Source: an uncultured Acidobacteriota bacterium
Lineage (GTDB): Bacteria > Acidobacteriota > Thermoanaerobaculia > Multivoradales > UBA5704
Direction: 5' to 3'
Length of the DNA: 64,000 bases
Assembly: GCA_963770895.1 (NCBI GenBank)
Contig: CAVYRF010000002.1
Coordinates: 864,001-928,000, forward strand
How positions within the stretch are numbered: position 1 is the first letter of the stretch; every line of letters begins with the position of its first letter. Positions 24,434-34,918 of the stretch are shown here, piece after piece. The notes below the pieces were generated by a model. The model had not been told where the DNA came from. It did no database searches and saw only the letters and a program-made list of their open reading frames with translations. The position numbers and the translations under genes were made by a program.

Positions 24434-24940
24434 GGAACCCTCCTGTTGTGAAATTGCGCCATGGCGTCCTTCCGTTTCACCCTGAACGGGCAAGCGCCCA
24501 TGGCCGCAACAGCCACGGTACATTATTTTTATCATGGAAGCAATAAATGAATATAACGATCTCGCAGGACTGTACCCGCCGCAACCCCGCAGGCGCCCCG
24601 CGCTGGTTGGACCAACGGCGCGGCAGCCGATGCGGGGAACGGTGTTCGGGGATCGGCCTAGCCGCGCTTGAGGGGCAGTTCGCCGTCACAGCCGACCGTC
24701 TCACCCGCACAACTCCACCCGCCGGCGAGTAGTACCCCCCACCACCAACACATTGTTGGGACACCACCTCGGGTGACCCGGCGCAGGAGCGGAGCAGCCG
24801 GGGCGCGCGGGGCTGGATCACCAGCCAGCGAGGCGCGGCCGACCCATTGCGCCGCACACATACCTGTTTGAGGGTGATCGGGCACCGGCCTGGACCATCC
24901 CGCCAACGCCAGCTCTAACCGCAACGTTGAGGAGAACGAG

Positions 24941-25102
24941 ATGAAGAAGAGGACGATGTCCAAGCTCGAGCTGCACAAAGAATCGCTTCGCCAGCTCGAC
25001 CATGGATTGCCCAAGATCGTCGCTGGATTACCGACAACCCCGCATGCGCAGAGCTGCCCCTGCAATACCAACAGCGCCTGCTACCCGGAGCACTGTGACT
25101 AA
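24941..25102 (+). CDS. Small RiPP precursor-like peptide, 53 aa: MKKRTMSKLELHKESLRQLDHGLPKIVAG-LPTTPHAQSCPCNTNSACYPEHCD
   Basis: RBS gaggag; KLxLxKExL leader motif, AG double-glycine-like site, Ser/Thr/Cys-rich core; below the ORF-track size cutoff. Confidence 0.8.
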   Translation: MKKRTMSKLELHKESLRQLDHGLPKIVAGLPTTPHAQSCPCNTNSACYPEHCD

Positions 25103-25116
25103 CCAGGCATGAGAAC

Positions 25117-25139
25117 GTCCCCCGGCTCCGCTGGGGGAC
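25117..25139 (+). terminator. Hairpin downstream of the peptide gene
   Basis: gtccccc-ggctccgct-gggggac stem, 14 nt after the stop, between convergent genes. Confidence 0.45.
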
Positions 25140-25230
25140 ACTCGATGTGCGACGGGCCGCCACCAGCGGCAAAAACAGGTCCGGTGCCGTCCAGGCGGGC
25201 GGCGATCAGCTGGGCCGCCGGCTGGGCGCC

Positions 25231-27246
25231 TTACGGGTCATAGCGGTACAGGACCAGGTTGAGCGCGGCGTAGAGCGTGCCGGTCGGACCGACGTACAGC
25301 TGGGACACCTCATGGCCGGCGGGCAGGCCTTGCAGGGGCACGCCCCAGGTCTGGCCGCCGTCGCGGCTGGTCAGCACTTCGCCAACGCTGCCGGCGTAGA
25401 CCAGCGCCGGGTTGGCCGGGTCGATCGCCACCGACGCCACCGGGGTGAAGACGCCGTCGCCATTGCCGCCCGCGGTCGGTTGCAGCGGCATCAGGGTGCG
25501 CCCGCCGTCGACGCTCTTGTAAAGGCCGGCCTTCCCCGGTCCACAGTACATCGTGGCAGGGGCCACCGGGTCGGCGGCGACGAACTGGATGAACCCAGGG
25601 GTCGCCAGCTGCTCGAAGTTGGTGCCGTCGTGGCTGACGAAGAGCGCCGTGGAGGAAGCAGGCCTGACCACGTTCGTCACCACGTAGACCGTCTGCGGCG
25701 CCGGCGGCGAGATGGACGCCGCCAGGGAGGCCTCGGAAAGGGCAGTGCCGGCGTTGACCACCGCGCGCCAGGTGGCGCCGCTGTCTTGGCTGGCATACAG
25801 GCCGTAGGCCTGCGCGGTCCCCTCCCCCACGAAACCGGCGGCGTAGACGGTCGCCGCATCGCCGGGATCGGCCAGCAGCAGCGAGCCGGGGTGAAACGGG
25901 GTCGGGCGCAGCGACCAATGCGCCGCTCCGTCGTCGGACACCGCCACGCCGGCCGAGGTGGCGGCATAGAGCGTGGCGGGCGCCGCCGGGCTGATGGCCA
26001 GACCGAACAGATTGCGCAGCATCGTGTGGCTGGCCGCTTGCCAGCTGGCGCCGTCGTCGGCACTCTTGATCAGGGGGCCGCCGAAGAACGCCGTGGCATA
26101 CAGGACGCCAGGTTGCGACGGATCGACCGCCACGTTGGAGATCGGCGTCGCGTACAGCCCGCCGCCGGCCGGCTGCCAGCTGTCGCCTGCCGTGGAGCTG
26201 CGCAAGACCGCCGCCTCGCTCGCCCCGACCGCCTGGCTGCTCCCGGCGTACAGCCGGCTGGGCAGCGATGGCGCGATACTCAGGGAAATGAACGTCTGGT
26301 CGGAAAGCCCGCCGACGGCCTGCCAGTGGAATCCGCCGTCCTGGGAGCGGTAGATCCCTTGTCTGCCGCACCCGTACACCGTGCCGCGGGCGCTCGGCGG
26401 CACGGCGAGGCAAAGCGCCTCCGGCGAGCTGGCGGACAAACGCCGCTGGAACCAGCTGGCGCCGCCGTCGGTGCTGATCAGCACCCCAACCCTTGGCGCT
26501 CTCCCCCGCAATGCCTGCTCCTGGGGCAGGGCATAGACCCTGCCGGGCAGCGAAGGATCGACGGCCACCGCCATGATCGCGGCGCCGCCCGCCCCGGTAT
26601 TGGCCGCCTGCCAGGAGGCTCCGCCGTCGGCGCTCCGGTACATCCCGGAATAGGTGCCGGCATACACCGTCGAAGCCGCCGCTCCCGCGGCGATGGCCAG
26701 GGACGTCACCCTGGCGTCCGGCAAACCCGCGCCGGTCGCCACCCAATGATCGCCGTCGTCGACCGACTTGAGCACTTGGCTGCCGACGGCGGCGTAGAGG
26801 GTCCCGGCCGTGCGCGGATCGAATGCCACGTCGGAGACGATCTGCGCGACGCCGCCGGAGGCGCCGGACGGCGTCAGCAGCTGCTGCCAGCTGGCGCCGC
26901 CGTCGGTGCTGCGATCGAGGTCGCCGGTGACGGCGAAGACCGTGTTGGCCGCCGCCGGATCGAACGCCACCTTGGAGACCTGGCCCAGCAAGGTGCCGCT
27001 GGGCAGCCACTGACTGCCGGCGTCGACCGTCTTCCAGACACCGGTTTGAGTGGCCGCATAGACCGTCGCCGGCGCGGCCGGATCCACCGCCAGGCTGAAC
27101 ACCGTGCCGCCCAGCGGCCCGATGTTCTGCCAGCCCGCCGCCGCCGCGGGCATCGCCGCCAGCGCTCCAACCGCGGCAATCACGCCCGCCGACGTCGCCC
27201 GCAGGATCCACCGCGCCGCCGGGACTCGCGCCAGGACTTTCTCCAT
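25231..27246 (-). CDS. Secreted BNR/Asp-box repeat beta-propeller protein (VPS10/GH74-like fold)
   Basis: Signal peptide and many SxDGGxxW Asp-box repeats. Confidence 0.85.
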   Translation of the reverse strand: MEKVLARVPAARWILRATSAGVIAAVGALAAMPAAAAGWQNIGPLGGTVFSLAVDPAAPATVYAATQTGVWKTVDAGSQWLPSGTLLGQVSKVAFDPAAANTVFAVTGDLDRSTDGGASWQQLLTPSGASGGVAQIVSDVAFDPRTAGTLYAAVGSQVLKSVDDGDHWVATGAGLPDARVTSLAIAAGAAASTVYAGTYSGMYRSADGGASWQAANTGAGGAAIMAVAVDPSLPGRVYALPQEQALRGRAPRVGVLISTDGGASWFQRRLSASSPEALCLAVPPSARGTVYGCGRQGIYRSQDGGFHWQAVGGLSDQTFISLSIAPSLPSRLYAGSSQAVGASEAAVLRSSTAGDSWQPAGGGLYATPISNVAVDPSQPGVLYATAFFGGPLIKSADDGASWQAASHTMLRNLFGLAISPAAPATLYAATSAGVAVSDDGAAHWSLRPTPFHPGSLLLADPGDAATVYAAGFVGEGTAQAYGLYASQDSGATWRAVVNAGTALSEASLAASISPPAPQTVYVVTNVVRPASSTALFVSHDGTNFEQLATPGFIQFVAADPVAPATMYCGPGKAGLYKSVDGGRTLMPLQPTAGGNGDGVFTPVASVAIDPANPALVYAGSVGEVLTSRDGGQTWGVPLQGLPAGHEVSQLYVGPTGTLYAALNLVLYRYDP

Positions 27247-27370
27247 GGGATCGCCCTTCCTTTCGTTTACTTCGTTTCTCGATTCATTATATCGAGCGCC
27301 GCCAGGGCGGTCTTCGGCGGCCAGCGGGCGGCCGGCAGGCCACCCGGGCCCGGCCGGGGCCGGCCTGCCG

Positions 27371-30300
27371 CTAGTGCGAGGCGACGGGAGCGCCGATCGT
27401 GGCGTGCAGGGCCTGCAGCGAGATGACCGACAGGCCGTCGCGGCGCAGGGCGGCGATGCCTTCGGCGGCGGCCATGGCGCCGGACAGCGTGGTGATGCAG
27501 GGGATGTCGTATTTGAGGGCGGTGCGCCGGATCACCGCGTCGTCTTCGTGCGACGCACGGCCCAGGGGCGTGTTGACCACCAGGGCGATGTCGCCGTTGA
27601 TCAGCTGGTCGACGATGTGCGGGCGCGCTTCGTGGACCTTCAGGGTCTGGCGCACGGTGAGACCGTGGGCGCGCAGAAAGGCGGCGGTGCCCGCCGTCGC
27701 GAGCAGCTCGAAGCCCAGGTCGGCCAGGCGCCGGGCGACCGGCAGCAGCGCCGGCTTGTCCTGGTCGTGCACCGACAGGAAGGCGCCGCCGCTCTGCGGC
27801 AGGCGATGGCCGGCACCCAGCCAGGCCTTGGCGAAGGCGTTGCCGAAGGAGGTGCTGACCCCCATCACCTCGCCGGTCGATTTCATCTCGGGACCGAGGA
27901 TCGGATCGACGCCGGGGAAGCGGCGGAACGGAAAGACCGGCGCCTTGACGAAGACGCCCGGCACCGGCGGCTCGGCGGTGAACCCCACCTCGGCCAGGCT
28001 TTCGCCGGCCATGACGCGCGCCGCCAGCGCCACCAGCGGCACGCCCACCGCCTTGGCGATGAACGGCACGGTGCGCGACGCCCGCGGGTTGACCTCCAGC
28101 ACGTAGATGCGCCCTTCCTTGAGCGCGAACTGCACGTTCATCAGGCCGACCACCCCCAGGCGCAGGGCCAGGCGCCGCGCGATGTCGCGCATCGCGTCCT
28201 GGTCGGCGATGGAGATGCGATACGGCGGCAGCACAGCCGCCGAGTCGCCGGAATGGATGCCGGCCTCTTCGATGTGCTGCAGGATGCCGGCGACCACCGC
28301 CTGGTGGCCGTCGGCGATCATGTCCAGATCGACTTCGAAGGCGTCTTCCAGGAAGCGGTCGAGCAGCACCGGGTGCCCCGGCGACACCTCCGCCGCCTCG
28401 CCCATGTAACGTTCCAGCGTGGCTTCGTCGTAACAGATCGCCATCGCCCGGCCGCCCAGCACGTAGCTCGGCCGCACCAGCACCGGGAAGCCGATGCGCG
28501 CCGCCACCGCGATCGCCTCGGGCAGCGACTGCGCGGTGCCGTTTTCGGGCTGCAGGATGGATTCGCTGGCCAGCAGGTCGCCGAAGCGGCGGCGGTCCTC
28601 GGCCAGGTCGATCGCATCCGGCGGCGTGCCCCACAACGGCACGCCGGCGGCGGCCAGGCCGCGCGCCAGCTTGAGCGGCGTCTGGCCACCCAGCTGCACC
28701 AGGACGCCGCTCGGACGCTCGCGCTCGACGACCGCCAGGACGTGCTCGAGCGTCAGCGGCTCGAAGTACAGCCGATCGGAGGTGTCGTAGTCGGTCGAGA
28801 CGGTTTCGGGATTGCAGTTGACCATCACCGTCTCGTACCCCGCCTGGCGCAGCGCCAGGGCGGCGTGGACGCAGCAGTAGTCGAATTCGATCCCCTGGCC
28901 GATGCGGTTGGGGCCGGACCCCAGGATCACCACCTTGCGGCGGTCGGTCGGCTCGCTCTCGTCGTCGGCGAGATTGCCGAACGTCGAATACAGGTAGGGC
29001 GTGGTCGCCTCGAACTCCGCCGCGCAGGTGTCGACGCGCCGATAGATGCGGGTGATGCCGCGCGCCGCCCGCGCCCGCGCCACCGCCGCTTCGTCGGCGT
29101 CGACCAGGCCGGCCAGGCGGGCGTCGGTCAGCCCCGACACCTTGGCTCGCGCCAAAAGCGGCGTCGGGATCGAGGCGAGGTCCCAGCACGCCACCTCGGC
29201 CTCCAGGTCGACGATCGCCGCCAGCTCGCGCAGGAACCAGGGGTCGATGTGCGTCACCTGCGCCACCTCTTCCGGGCTCCAGCCCTGGCGCAGGGCCGCG
29301 AAGACCGCGAACAGCCGTTCCCAGTTGGGCACCGCCAGGCGCTGCCGCAGCCGCACCGGATCGCTCATGCGCCGCTCGCGCGCCGCCAGGCTGCCGTCCA
29401 GCTCGAGCGCCGACAGCCCCTTCATCAGCGCTTCGGCGAAAGTGGCGCCGATGGCCATCACCTCCCCCACCGACTTCATCGCCGTGCCCAGCGTCGTCGA
29501 GCTGGCGGGAAACTTTTCGAACGCCCAGCGCGGGATCTTGACCACGGTGTAGTCGAGCGTCGGCTCGAAGGCGGCGAAGGTCTTGCCGGTGATGTCGTTG
29601 GGGATCTCGTCGAGGGTGTAGCCGACCGCCAGCAGGGCGGCGATCTTGGCGATCGGGAAGCCGGTCGCCTTGGACGCCAGCGCCGAGCTGCGCGACACGC
29701 GCGGGTTCATCTCGATGACGACCCGTTCGCCGGTCGCGGGATCGACGCCGAACTGGATGTTGGAGCCGCCGGTCGCCACTCCCACCCGCCGGATCACCTT
29801 GAAGGCGTCGTCGCGCATCTCCTGGTATTCGCGGTCGGAGAGGGTCTGCTGCGGCGCCACGGTGATCGAATCGCCCGTGTGCACGCCCATGGCGTCGACG
29901 TTTTCCACCGAGCAGACGACGATGGCGTTGTCGGCGGTGTCGCGCATCACCTCCAGCTCGAACTCCTTCCAACCGATCACCGACTGCTCGATCAGCACGC
30001 GGCCGGCGGGGCTGGCCTGCAGCGCCCCCTCCACCACGTCCTCCAGCTCGTCGCGGTTGAAGGCGGTGCCGCCGCCCTCGCCGCCCAGGGTGAAGCTGGG
30101 CCGCACGATCAGCGGGTAGCCGATGCCGGCGGCGATCTGGCGCGCTTCCTCCAGGCTGCCGGCGTAGCCGCTGTGCGGCACCTTGAGACCCACCTCCTGC
30201 ATCGCCTGCTTGAACAGCTGACGGTCTTCGCCCAGGCGCAGGGCGTCGATCGACGCGCCCAGCACTTCGACGCCCAGGCGCTCCAGGGTGCCGCGCTCGG

Positions 30301-30607
30301 ACAGCGCGATCGCCAGGTTGATGCCGGTCTGGCCGCCGACCGTGGGCAGCAGCGCATCGGGGCGCTCGCGTTCGAGGATCTTTTCGACCACCTCGGGCAG
30401 CAGCGGCTCGACGTAGGTGGCGTCGGCCATGTCGGGGTCGGTCATGATCGTCGCCGGGTTGGAGTTGACCAGCACGACGCGGTACCCCTCGCGCCGCAGC
30501 GCGCGGCAGGCCTGGGTGCCCGAATAGTCGAATTCGCAGGCCTGGCCGATGACGATCGGGCCGGAGCCGAGGATCAGGATGGAGTGGATGTCTTGGCGTT
30601 TAGGCAT
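27371..30607 (-). CDS. carB: Carbamoyl-phosphate synthase large subunit
   Basis: [24 protein letters not shown], two ATP-grasp halves, C-terminal MGS domain; start at ATG 30607. Confidence 0.99.
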   Translation of the reverse strand: MPKRQDIHSILILGSGPIVIGQACEFDYSGTQACRALRREGYRVVLVNSNPATIMTDPDMADATYVEPLLPEVVEKILERERPDALLPTVGGQTGINLAIALSERGTLERLGVEVLGASIDALRLGEDRQLFKQAMQEVGLKVPHSGYAGSLEEARQIAAGIGYPLIVRPSFTLGGEGGGTAFNRDELEDVVEGALQASPAGRVLIEQSVIGWKEFELEVMRDTADNAIVVCSVENVDAMGVHTGDSITVAPQQTLSDREYQEMRDDAFKVIRRVGVATGGSNIQFGVDPATGERVVIEMNPRVSRSSALASKATGFPIAKIAALLAVGYTLDEIPNDITGKTFAAFEPTLDYTVVKIPRWAFEKFPASSTTLGTAMKSVGEVMAIGATFAEALMKGLSALELDGSLAARERRMSDPVRLRQRLAVPNWERLFAVFAALRQGWSPEEVAQVTHIDPWFLRELAAIVDLEAEVACWDLASIPTPLLARAKVSGLTDARLAGLVDADEAAVARARAARGITRIYRRVDTCAAEFEATTPYLYSTFGNLADDESEPTDRRKVVILGSGPNRIGQGIEFDYCCVHAALALRQAGYETVMVNCNPETVSTDYDTSDRLYFEPLTLEHVLAVVERERPSGVLVQLGGQTPLKLARGLAAAGVPLWGTPPDAIDLAEDRRRFGDLLASESILQPENGTAQSLPEAIAVAARIGFPVLVRPSYVLGGRAMAICYDEATLERYMGEAAEVSPGHPVLLDRFLEDAFEVDLDMIADGHQAVVAGILQHIEEAGIHSGDSAAVLPPYRISIADQDAMRDIARRLALRLGVVGLMNVQFALKEGRIYVLEVNPRASRTVPFIAKAVGVPLVALAARVMAGESLAEVGFTAEPPVPGVFVKAPVFPFRRFPGVDPILGPEMKSTGEVMGVSTSFGNAFAKAWLGAGHRLPQSGGAFLSVHDQDKPALLPVARRLADLGFELLATAGTAAFLRAHGLTVRQTLKVHEARPHIVDQLINGDIALVVNTPLGRASHEDDAVIRRTALKYDIPCITTLSGAMAAAEGIAALRRDGLSVISLQALHATIGAPVASH

Positions 30608-30617
30608 GGTTCGGGTA

Positions 30618-31604
30618 TCAGGTGCGCGCGGCGCGGGCGGCAGGCAGCAGTGACAGGTCTGCGGCGGTGGCCGGCGCGCCGGCAAACGTTTCCACCGCCA
30701 GCAGGACCAGGGAGATCCATACGAGATCGGCGACCAGCAGGTGCAGCAGCTGCAGCGGCAGCGGCGCCAGCAGGCCGAGGTTGACGACCCCCAGCCCCCA
30801 CTGCGCAAACACCAGCAAGCGCAGGCGGTTGGCGTGCCGCCGCGCCACCGGGCCGGCAGCGGCGGCCAGCTGGCAGAGGTAGAGCAGGAACGCCCCCAGG
30901 GTGACTGCCAGCAGCGGATGCAGGCCGCGCAGGCGCAGCAGGAAGTGCGAGGCGGGCGACAGGTCGCGCGCCAGCCCTTCGCGCAGCGACGCCGTGGGGA
31001 ACAGGGTGTCGCCCAGGGCGGCGACGGCGCCGGTGGCGGCGATCGCCATGGTGGCGGCCATGCCCAGGGCAAAGGCCCAGCCCAGCCAGCCTTGCGGCGC
31101 CCGCGCGGCGGCGAGAGGCGCCGGCTGGGCCGCCCCGGCCGGTGACGGCGAAAACGCGCCGGCCGCATGCGCCGCCAGCGTCACGGCGGCAAGCAGCAGC
31201 AGGGTGTTGAGCAGGTGGGCGCTGATCGCCAGGGCGCGCGCGATCGATTCGTCCCGCGCCACCAGCTTGAACAGCACCAGCCCCGCGCCAACCGCCGCCT
31301 CGGACAGGGTCAGGGCCAGCGCGGCCACCGCCCAGCGTCGCAGCGGATGACCCCGCGGCACGGCGCGAAAGACCCACACCACCAGCGCCACGACCAGCGC
31401 CAGGACCAGGCCGCTGCTCAGACGATGCGAGTACTCGATCCAGGTCGCCGCCGGCCGGCCCGCCGGCACCACCTCGCCATTGCACAGCGGCCAGTGGCTG
31501 CCGCAGCCGGCCCCCGAACCGGTCGCCCGCACGTAGGCACCCCAGACGATGACCGCCAGGTTGTAGGCGAGCAGGAAGCGGCAATAGGCGCGGAGCGCGG
31601 ACAC
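30618..31604 (-). CDS. Heme A synthase-like COX15/CtaA family membrane protein
   Basis: [25 protein letters not shown], further His residues in TM helices; GTG start inferred. Confidence 0.82.
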   Translation of the reverse strand: MSALRAYCRFLLAYNLAVIVWGAYVRATGSGAGCGSHWPLCNGEVVPAGRPAATWIEYSHRLSSGLVLALVVALVVWVFRAVPRGHPLRRWAVAALALTLSEAAVGAGLVLFKLVARDESIARALAISAHLLNTLLLLAAVTLAAHAAGAFSPSPAGAAQPAPLAAARAPQGWLGWAFALGMAATMAIAATGAVAALGDTLFPTASLREGLARDLSPASHFLLRLRGLHPLLAVTLGAFLLYLCQLAAAAGPVARRHANRLRLLVFAQWGLGVVNLGLLAPLPLQLLHLLVADLVWISLVLLAVETFAGAPATAADLSLLPAARAART

Positions 31605-31611
31605 AGGCAGA

Positions 31612-31845
31612 TTATAGCGGCCGGTATCCGGCGCAGCGCACCACCGGCAGCGGCGGATAGCGGGGAAAGGCGGGATCGGTCGCGGCCAGGCCGCAGCGGA
31701 CAAAGACGCTGCGCGCCGACGCCAGCAGCTTGAGATGCACGCAGCCGGCGCACAGCCCAGGGTAGAGAGGCAGGCGGGCCAGCAGCCGCCGGCGCTGATC
31801 GCCTTCTGTCGTGTCCGCGTCGTCGGCGCTCATCAAGGCGCTCAT
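31612..31845 (-). CDS. Small conserved hypothetical protein with four Cys (GLCAGC...RC...RYPPLPVVRC)
   Basis: ATG overlaps the clc stop (TGATG); 77 aa; stop 7 nt before the ctaA-like start. Confidence 0.65.
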   Translation of the reverse strand: MSALMSADDADTTEGDQRRRLLARLPLYPGLCAGCVHLKLLASARSVFVRCGLAATDPAFPRYPPLPVVRCAGYRPL

Positions 31846-34091
31846 CAATTCATCGGGTGGTGCGCCTGGGCCTCGTCGTCGGCCGGGACCTGTCCGGTCG
31901 CCAGGCTCTCGATCTTGGCGGTCGGTCCGATCAACACCAGCAGGTCGCCGGCGGCGAGCACGGTGTCGGCGCTGGCGATGACCTGCTCTTCGCCCTGCCG
32001 CCCCTGGCGCTTGATCTCGATGACGCGGGCGCCCAGGGTCTGCGGCAGGCGCGCTTCGGCCAGGCTCCTGCCGACCAGGTCCGGCGGCACCGGCACCATG
32101 CGCAGCGAAAAGTCGGGCGGCAGCTCGACGTATTGGCGGCTGGTGCCGGCTTCGTGGCTCGACACGAAGGTGGCGAGCAGCGACGGGCGCCCCAGCACCT
32201 CCTGGGCGTAGACCGCCAGCAGGTCGCGCTTGGCCAGCACGCCCAGCAGGCGGCCGTCGTCGTCCACCACCGGCAGGCGTTCGAACTCGCTGCCCGCGAA
32301 CAACCGCGTCGCCTGGTGCAGGCGTTCGTCCTTGCGCACCACGGTGCCAACCGGCACCATCAGGTCGTGGGCCAGGACGGCGGTCAGCATCTCGGGCTGG
32401 TCCAGCCACTGCTTGATGTCGTGCAGCGAGATCGCCCCCAGCAGGCGGCCGTCCTCGGCCGCCACGAAGAGGCGCTGGCGGCGCCCGGAAAAGAACGTCT
32501 CCACCACCTTGCGGTAGTCGTCGCCGGGACGCAGCAGCTCGGATTCGGGCCGCATCAGGTCCACCGCTTTGAGGCCCGCCAGCACCGCCTCTTCCATCCG
32601 CCACGGCAGCTGGATGCCGCGCCCGCGCAGCGGCTCGGTGTAGATCGAATAGCGGTTCAGCCGCTTCGCCAGCATGCTGGAGACGATGGCGGCCAGCATC
32701 ACCGGCAGGATCAGGTCGTAGTTGCCGGTGAACTCGAACAGGATGAGGATGGCGCTGATCGGGGCGTGGCTGGTCCCCGCCATCACCGCCGCCATCCCCA
32801 CCGTCGCATAGGCGCCATAGGGAGAGGCGATGGCCGGCCACAGCGAGTGGATCCAGTAGCCGTAGGCCCCACCCACCAGGGCGCCGAAGCAGAGCGACGG
32901 CGTGAACAGCCCGCCCGAGCCGCCGCTGCCCGAGGTGAGCGCGGTGGCCAGCAGCTTGGCCGCCGCCAGCCCGAGCAGCAGCAGGATGGTGAACTCGTGC
33001 GGCAGGTCGAGCCGCGGCGGCAGGCGCAGCTGCCCCGACAGGGCCAGGTTGATGGTGCCGTAGCCGCGGCCCAGCACGTAGGGCGCGTACAGTCCCAGCA
33101 CGCCGACCAGCGACATGCCGATCAGCGGCTGCAGCGGGCGCGGGATCACCGTCAGGCGATGAAAGACCTTCCGCCCGGCCTCGATACCCGCGACGAAGGC
33201 GATCGACGCCACGGCGCCGACCACCCCCAGGCCGACGTAGGGCAGCAGCTCCCAACCGCTCACCAGGGTGTAGCCGGGAGCGGCGTAGAACGGCACGTTG
33301 CCGACGACCGACCGGGCGATCACCGTGGCGATCACCGACGACGCGACGATCGGACCGAAAATCTCCAGCGCGAAGTTGCCAAGGATCACTTCCATGGCGA
33401 ACAGGGCGCCGCCGATCGGGATGTTGTAGGTGGCGGCCAGACCGGCCGCCGCGCCGCACCCGACCAGAATCTTGACCCGCTGCGCCGGCAGGCCGAAACG
33501 CAGCGCCGTCCACGAGGAGATCAGCGCCCCCAGGCGGATCATCGGCCCTTCGCGGCCGAGCGAGCCGCCGCTGCCGACCGTGAAGATCGACGTCACCGCG
33601 TTGATCAGCACCGGGCGAGGCGCGATCTTGCCGCCGGACAGCGCCACCGCCTCGATCAACATCGCCATGCCTTCGCCGCCGCCGACCGGCTGGCGGGCGA
33701 GCCAGATGACCAGCCCGACCAGCACGCCGCCGCAGGCCGGGGCGGCGACGACCAGCCAGCGCGGCGCCGTCCGCGCCACCGCCAGCAGATCGCCCTGCGA
33801 GCCCCACAGCAGCCGCTGCACGACGTGGATCAGGCCTTCGGTGGCAACACCGAGGAGCCCCCCCACCACCCCGACCACCACGATGAGCACGAAGAACGTG
33901 CGTTCCTCGCGCGTCGCCAGGCCGAAACGCCGGGCCAGGGTGAAATCCAGGGAGCTCAGCCACTGCCGCAGACGCCGCAGGCCAACCGCCCGCGCCGCCC
34001 GCCTCAGCGGACCGCTCAAGGGCGGCGGCCCAGCGCGATCCGAGGCAGTTTCGATACCCACGGAGCTCAATTTATCAGGGTCATCCAACAT
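31845..34091 (-). CDS. ClC-family chloride/H+ transporter with CBS pair and C-terminal TrkA-C/RCK-C domain
   Basis: GSLGREGP, GGLFTPSL, CBS repeats, LVGRSLAEARL..LAAGDLLVLIG. Confidence 0.92.
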   Translation of the reverse strand: MLDDPDKLSSVGIETASDRAGPPPLSGPLRRAARAVGLRRLRQWLSSLDFTLARRFGLATREERTFFVLIVVVGVVGGLLGVATEGLIHVVQRLLWGSQGDLLAVARTAPRWLVVAAPACGGVLVGLVIWLARQPVGGGEGMAMLIEAVALSGGKIAPRPVLINAVTSIFTVGSGGSLGREGPMIRLGALISSWTALRFGLPAQRVKILVGCGAAAGLAATYNIPIGGALFAMEVILGNFALEIFGPIVASSVIATVIARSVVGNVPFYAAPGYTLVSGWELLPYVGLGVVGAVASIAFVAGIEAGRKVFHRLTVIPRPLQPLIGMSLVGVLGLYAPYVLGRGYGTINLALSGQLRLPPRLDLPHEFTILLLLGLAAAKLLATALTSGSGGSGGLFTPSLCFGALVGGAYGYWIHSLWPAIASPYGAYATVGMAAVMAGTSHAPISAILILFEFTGNYDLILPVMLAAIVSSMLAKRLNRYSIYTEPLRGRGIQLPWRMEEAVLAGLKAVDLMRPESELLRPGDDYRKVVETFFSGRRQRLFVAAEDGRLLGAISLHDIKQWLDQPEMLTAVLAHDLMVPVGTVVRKDERLHQATRLFAGSEFERLPVVDDDGRLLGVLAKRDLLAVYAQEVLGRPSLLATFVSSHEAGTSRQYVELPPDFSLRMVPVPPDLVGRSLAEARLPQTLGARVIEIKRQGRQGEEQVIASADTVLAAGDLLVLIGPTAKIESLATGQVPADDEAQAHHPMN

Positions 34092-34139
34092 GCGTGGTGA
34101 AATTGCTATTCCATAAACGTGCTCATTCGTGTATAACTA

Positions 34140-34320
34140 CCCCGCGGACGCGCCGCCGCAAGGCGTCGCGACCTCCTACCGGGGATCCGCCGAGCAGCGT
34201 CCGCTCTCGGACTGGAACCCTAAGGCGGATGTCTCGCACTGCGGCACCACCCTCCTGCGACCGCGGCCCAGCCGCGGACCAACTTTCAAGGGGACCGGGA
34301 AACCGGTCCCCTTCGCCTTT
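34140..34320 (+). ncRNA. Candidate structured small RNA (unknown family)
   Basis: Upstream TTCCAT-N17-TATAAC; four hairpins including a GCAA-capped stem and a terminal 11-bp GAAA-capped stem followed by cgcctttct. Confidence 0.4.
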
Positions 34321-34402
34321 CTAGCCCACTCCATCATGTCCGCCTCGTTACCGCTAAACCCTGATCGGCGCGATCGGCTGCGATGAGGCGACCTAGCATC
34401 GA

Positions 34403-34548
34403 GGTTGCTGGGAACTGGGAGGCACCCCTCGGCGGCGCTCTGGGGCGAAGCACCCCATCTCATTGACCGGCGCCCCTTCCGCAGGCCCCTGCCGCCTATC
34501 GAGCCAGCAGCGCGACGACCGAGGGGTGCCCCCCAGTTCCCGGCAACC
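34403..34548. repeat. Long inverted repeat (REPIN/MITE-like), 30-bp arms
   Basis: ggttgctgggaactgggaggcacccctcgg (34403-34432) pairs with 34519-34548 at 28/30. Confidence 0.75.
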
Positions 34549-34918
34549 GTCCACCGAGACCCGCCCTTCCAGTCCCCTGCCAACGCTTGACCTTGCGCAT
34601 CGGATGCGGGATTGGGCCATTTTTATACTCTAATGCCGTATTTGAACCACTTTGGGATCGCGATGGTTTGCGTTGGGCGTCCTCTCGGGGTGGTTGGCGA
34701 ACACATTGATGTTCTTGGACCGTCATGGCAACCGGTCCCCGGCGGTGGATCAGTTGTAACGAATCTGCCACGGATGTCACTTTTTTCGCACTTGAAGCAA
34801 CTATAGCTCTTAGAGGGCTGATGTTCCGACGCCCTTCGAGGGTACCAGGGCTGTCGGTTATGGGGTTGTCGCCGCGCGCTCCAGGAAGTCGGAGCGGGCG
34901 GTTGAAACGGAGGGTCTC

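Noticed and set aside
27104-30784. Very long alternative-frame ORFs (e.g. 1226 aa at 27104..30784, 1098 aa at 34496..37792, 968 aa at 55587..58493, 820 aa at 45816..48278)
   Set aside because: They are antisense or frame shadows of clearly identifiable genes, expected at this GC content, and carry no recognisable motifs.
31845-34400. ClC as a fluoride exporter controlled by a fluoride riboswitch
   Set aside because: It has GREGP rather than the CLC-F GNNLI/GREGT signatures, and I found no crcB-motif sequence upstream on the minus strand.
34140-34548. 6S RNA assignment for the structured intergenic region
   Set aside because: The pairing pattern is several local hairpins plus a separate IR, not one rod with a central bubble, and the usual zapA/ygfA context is absent.
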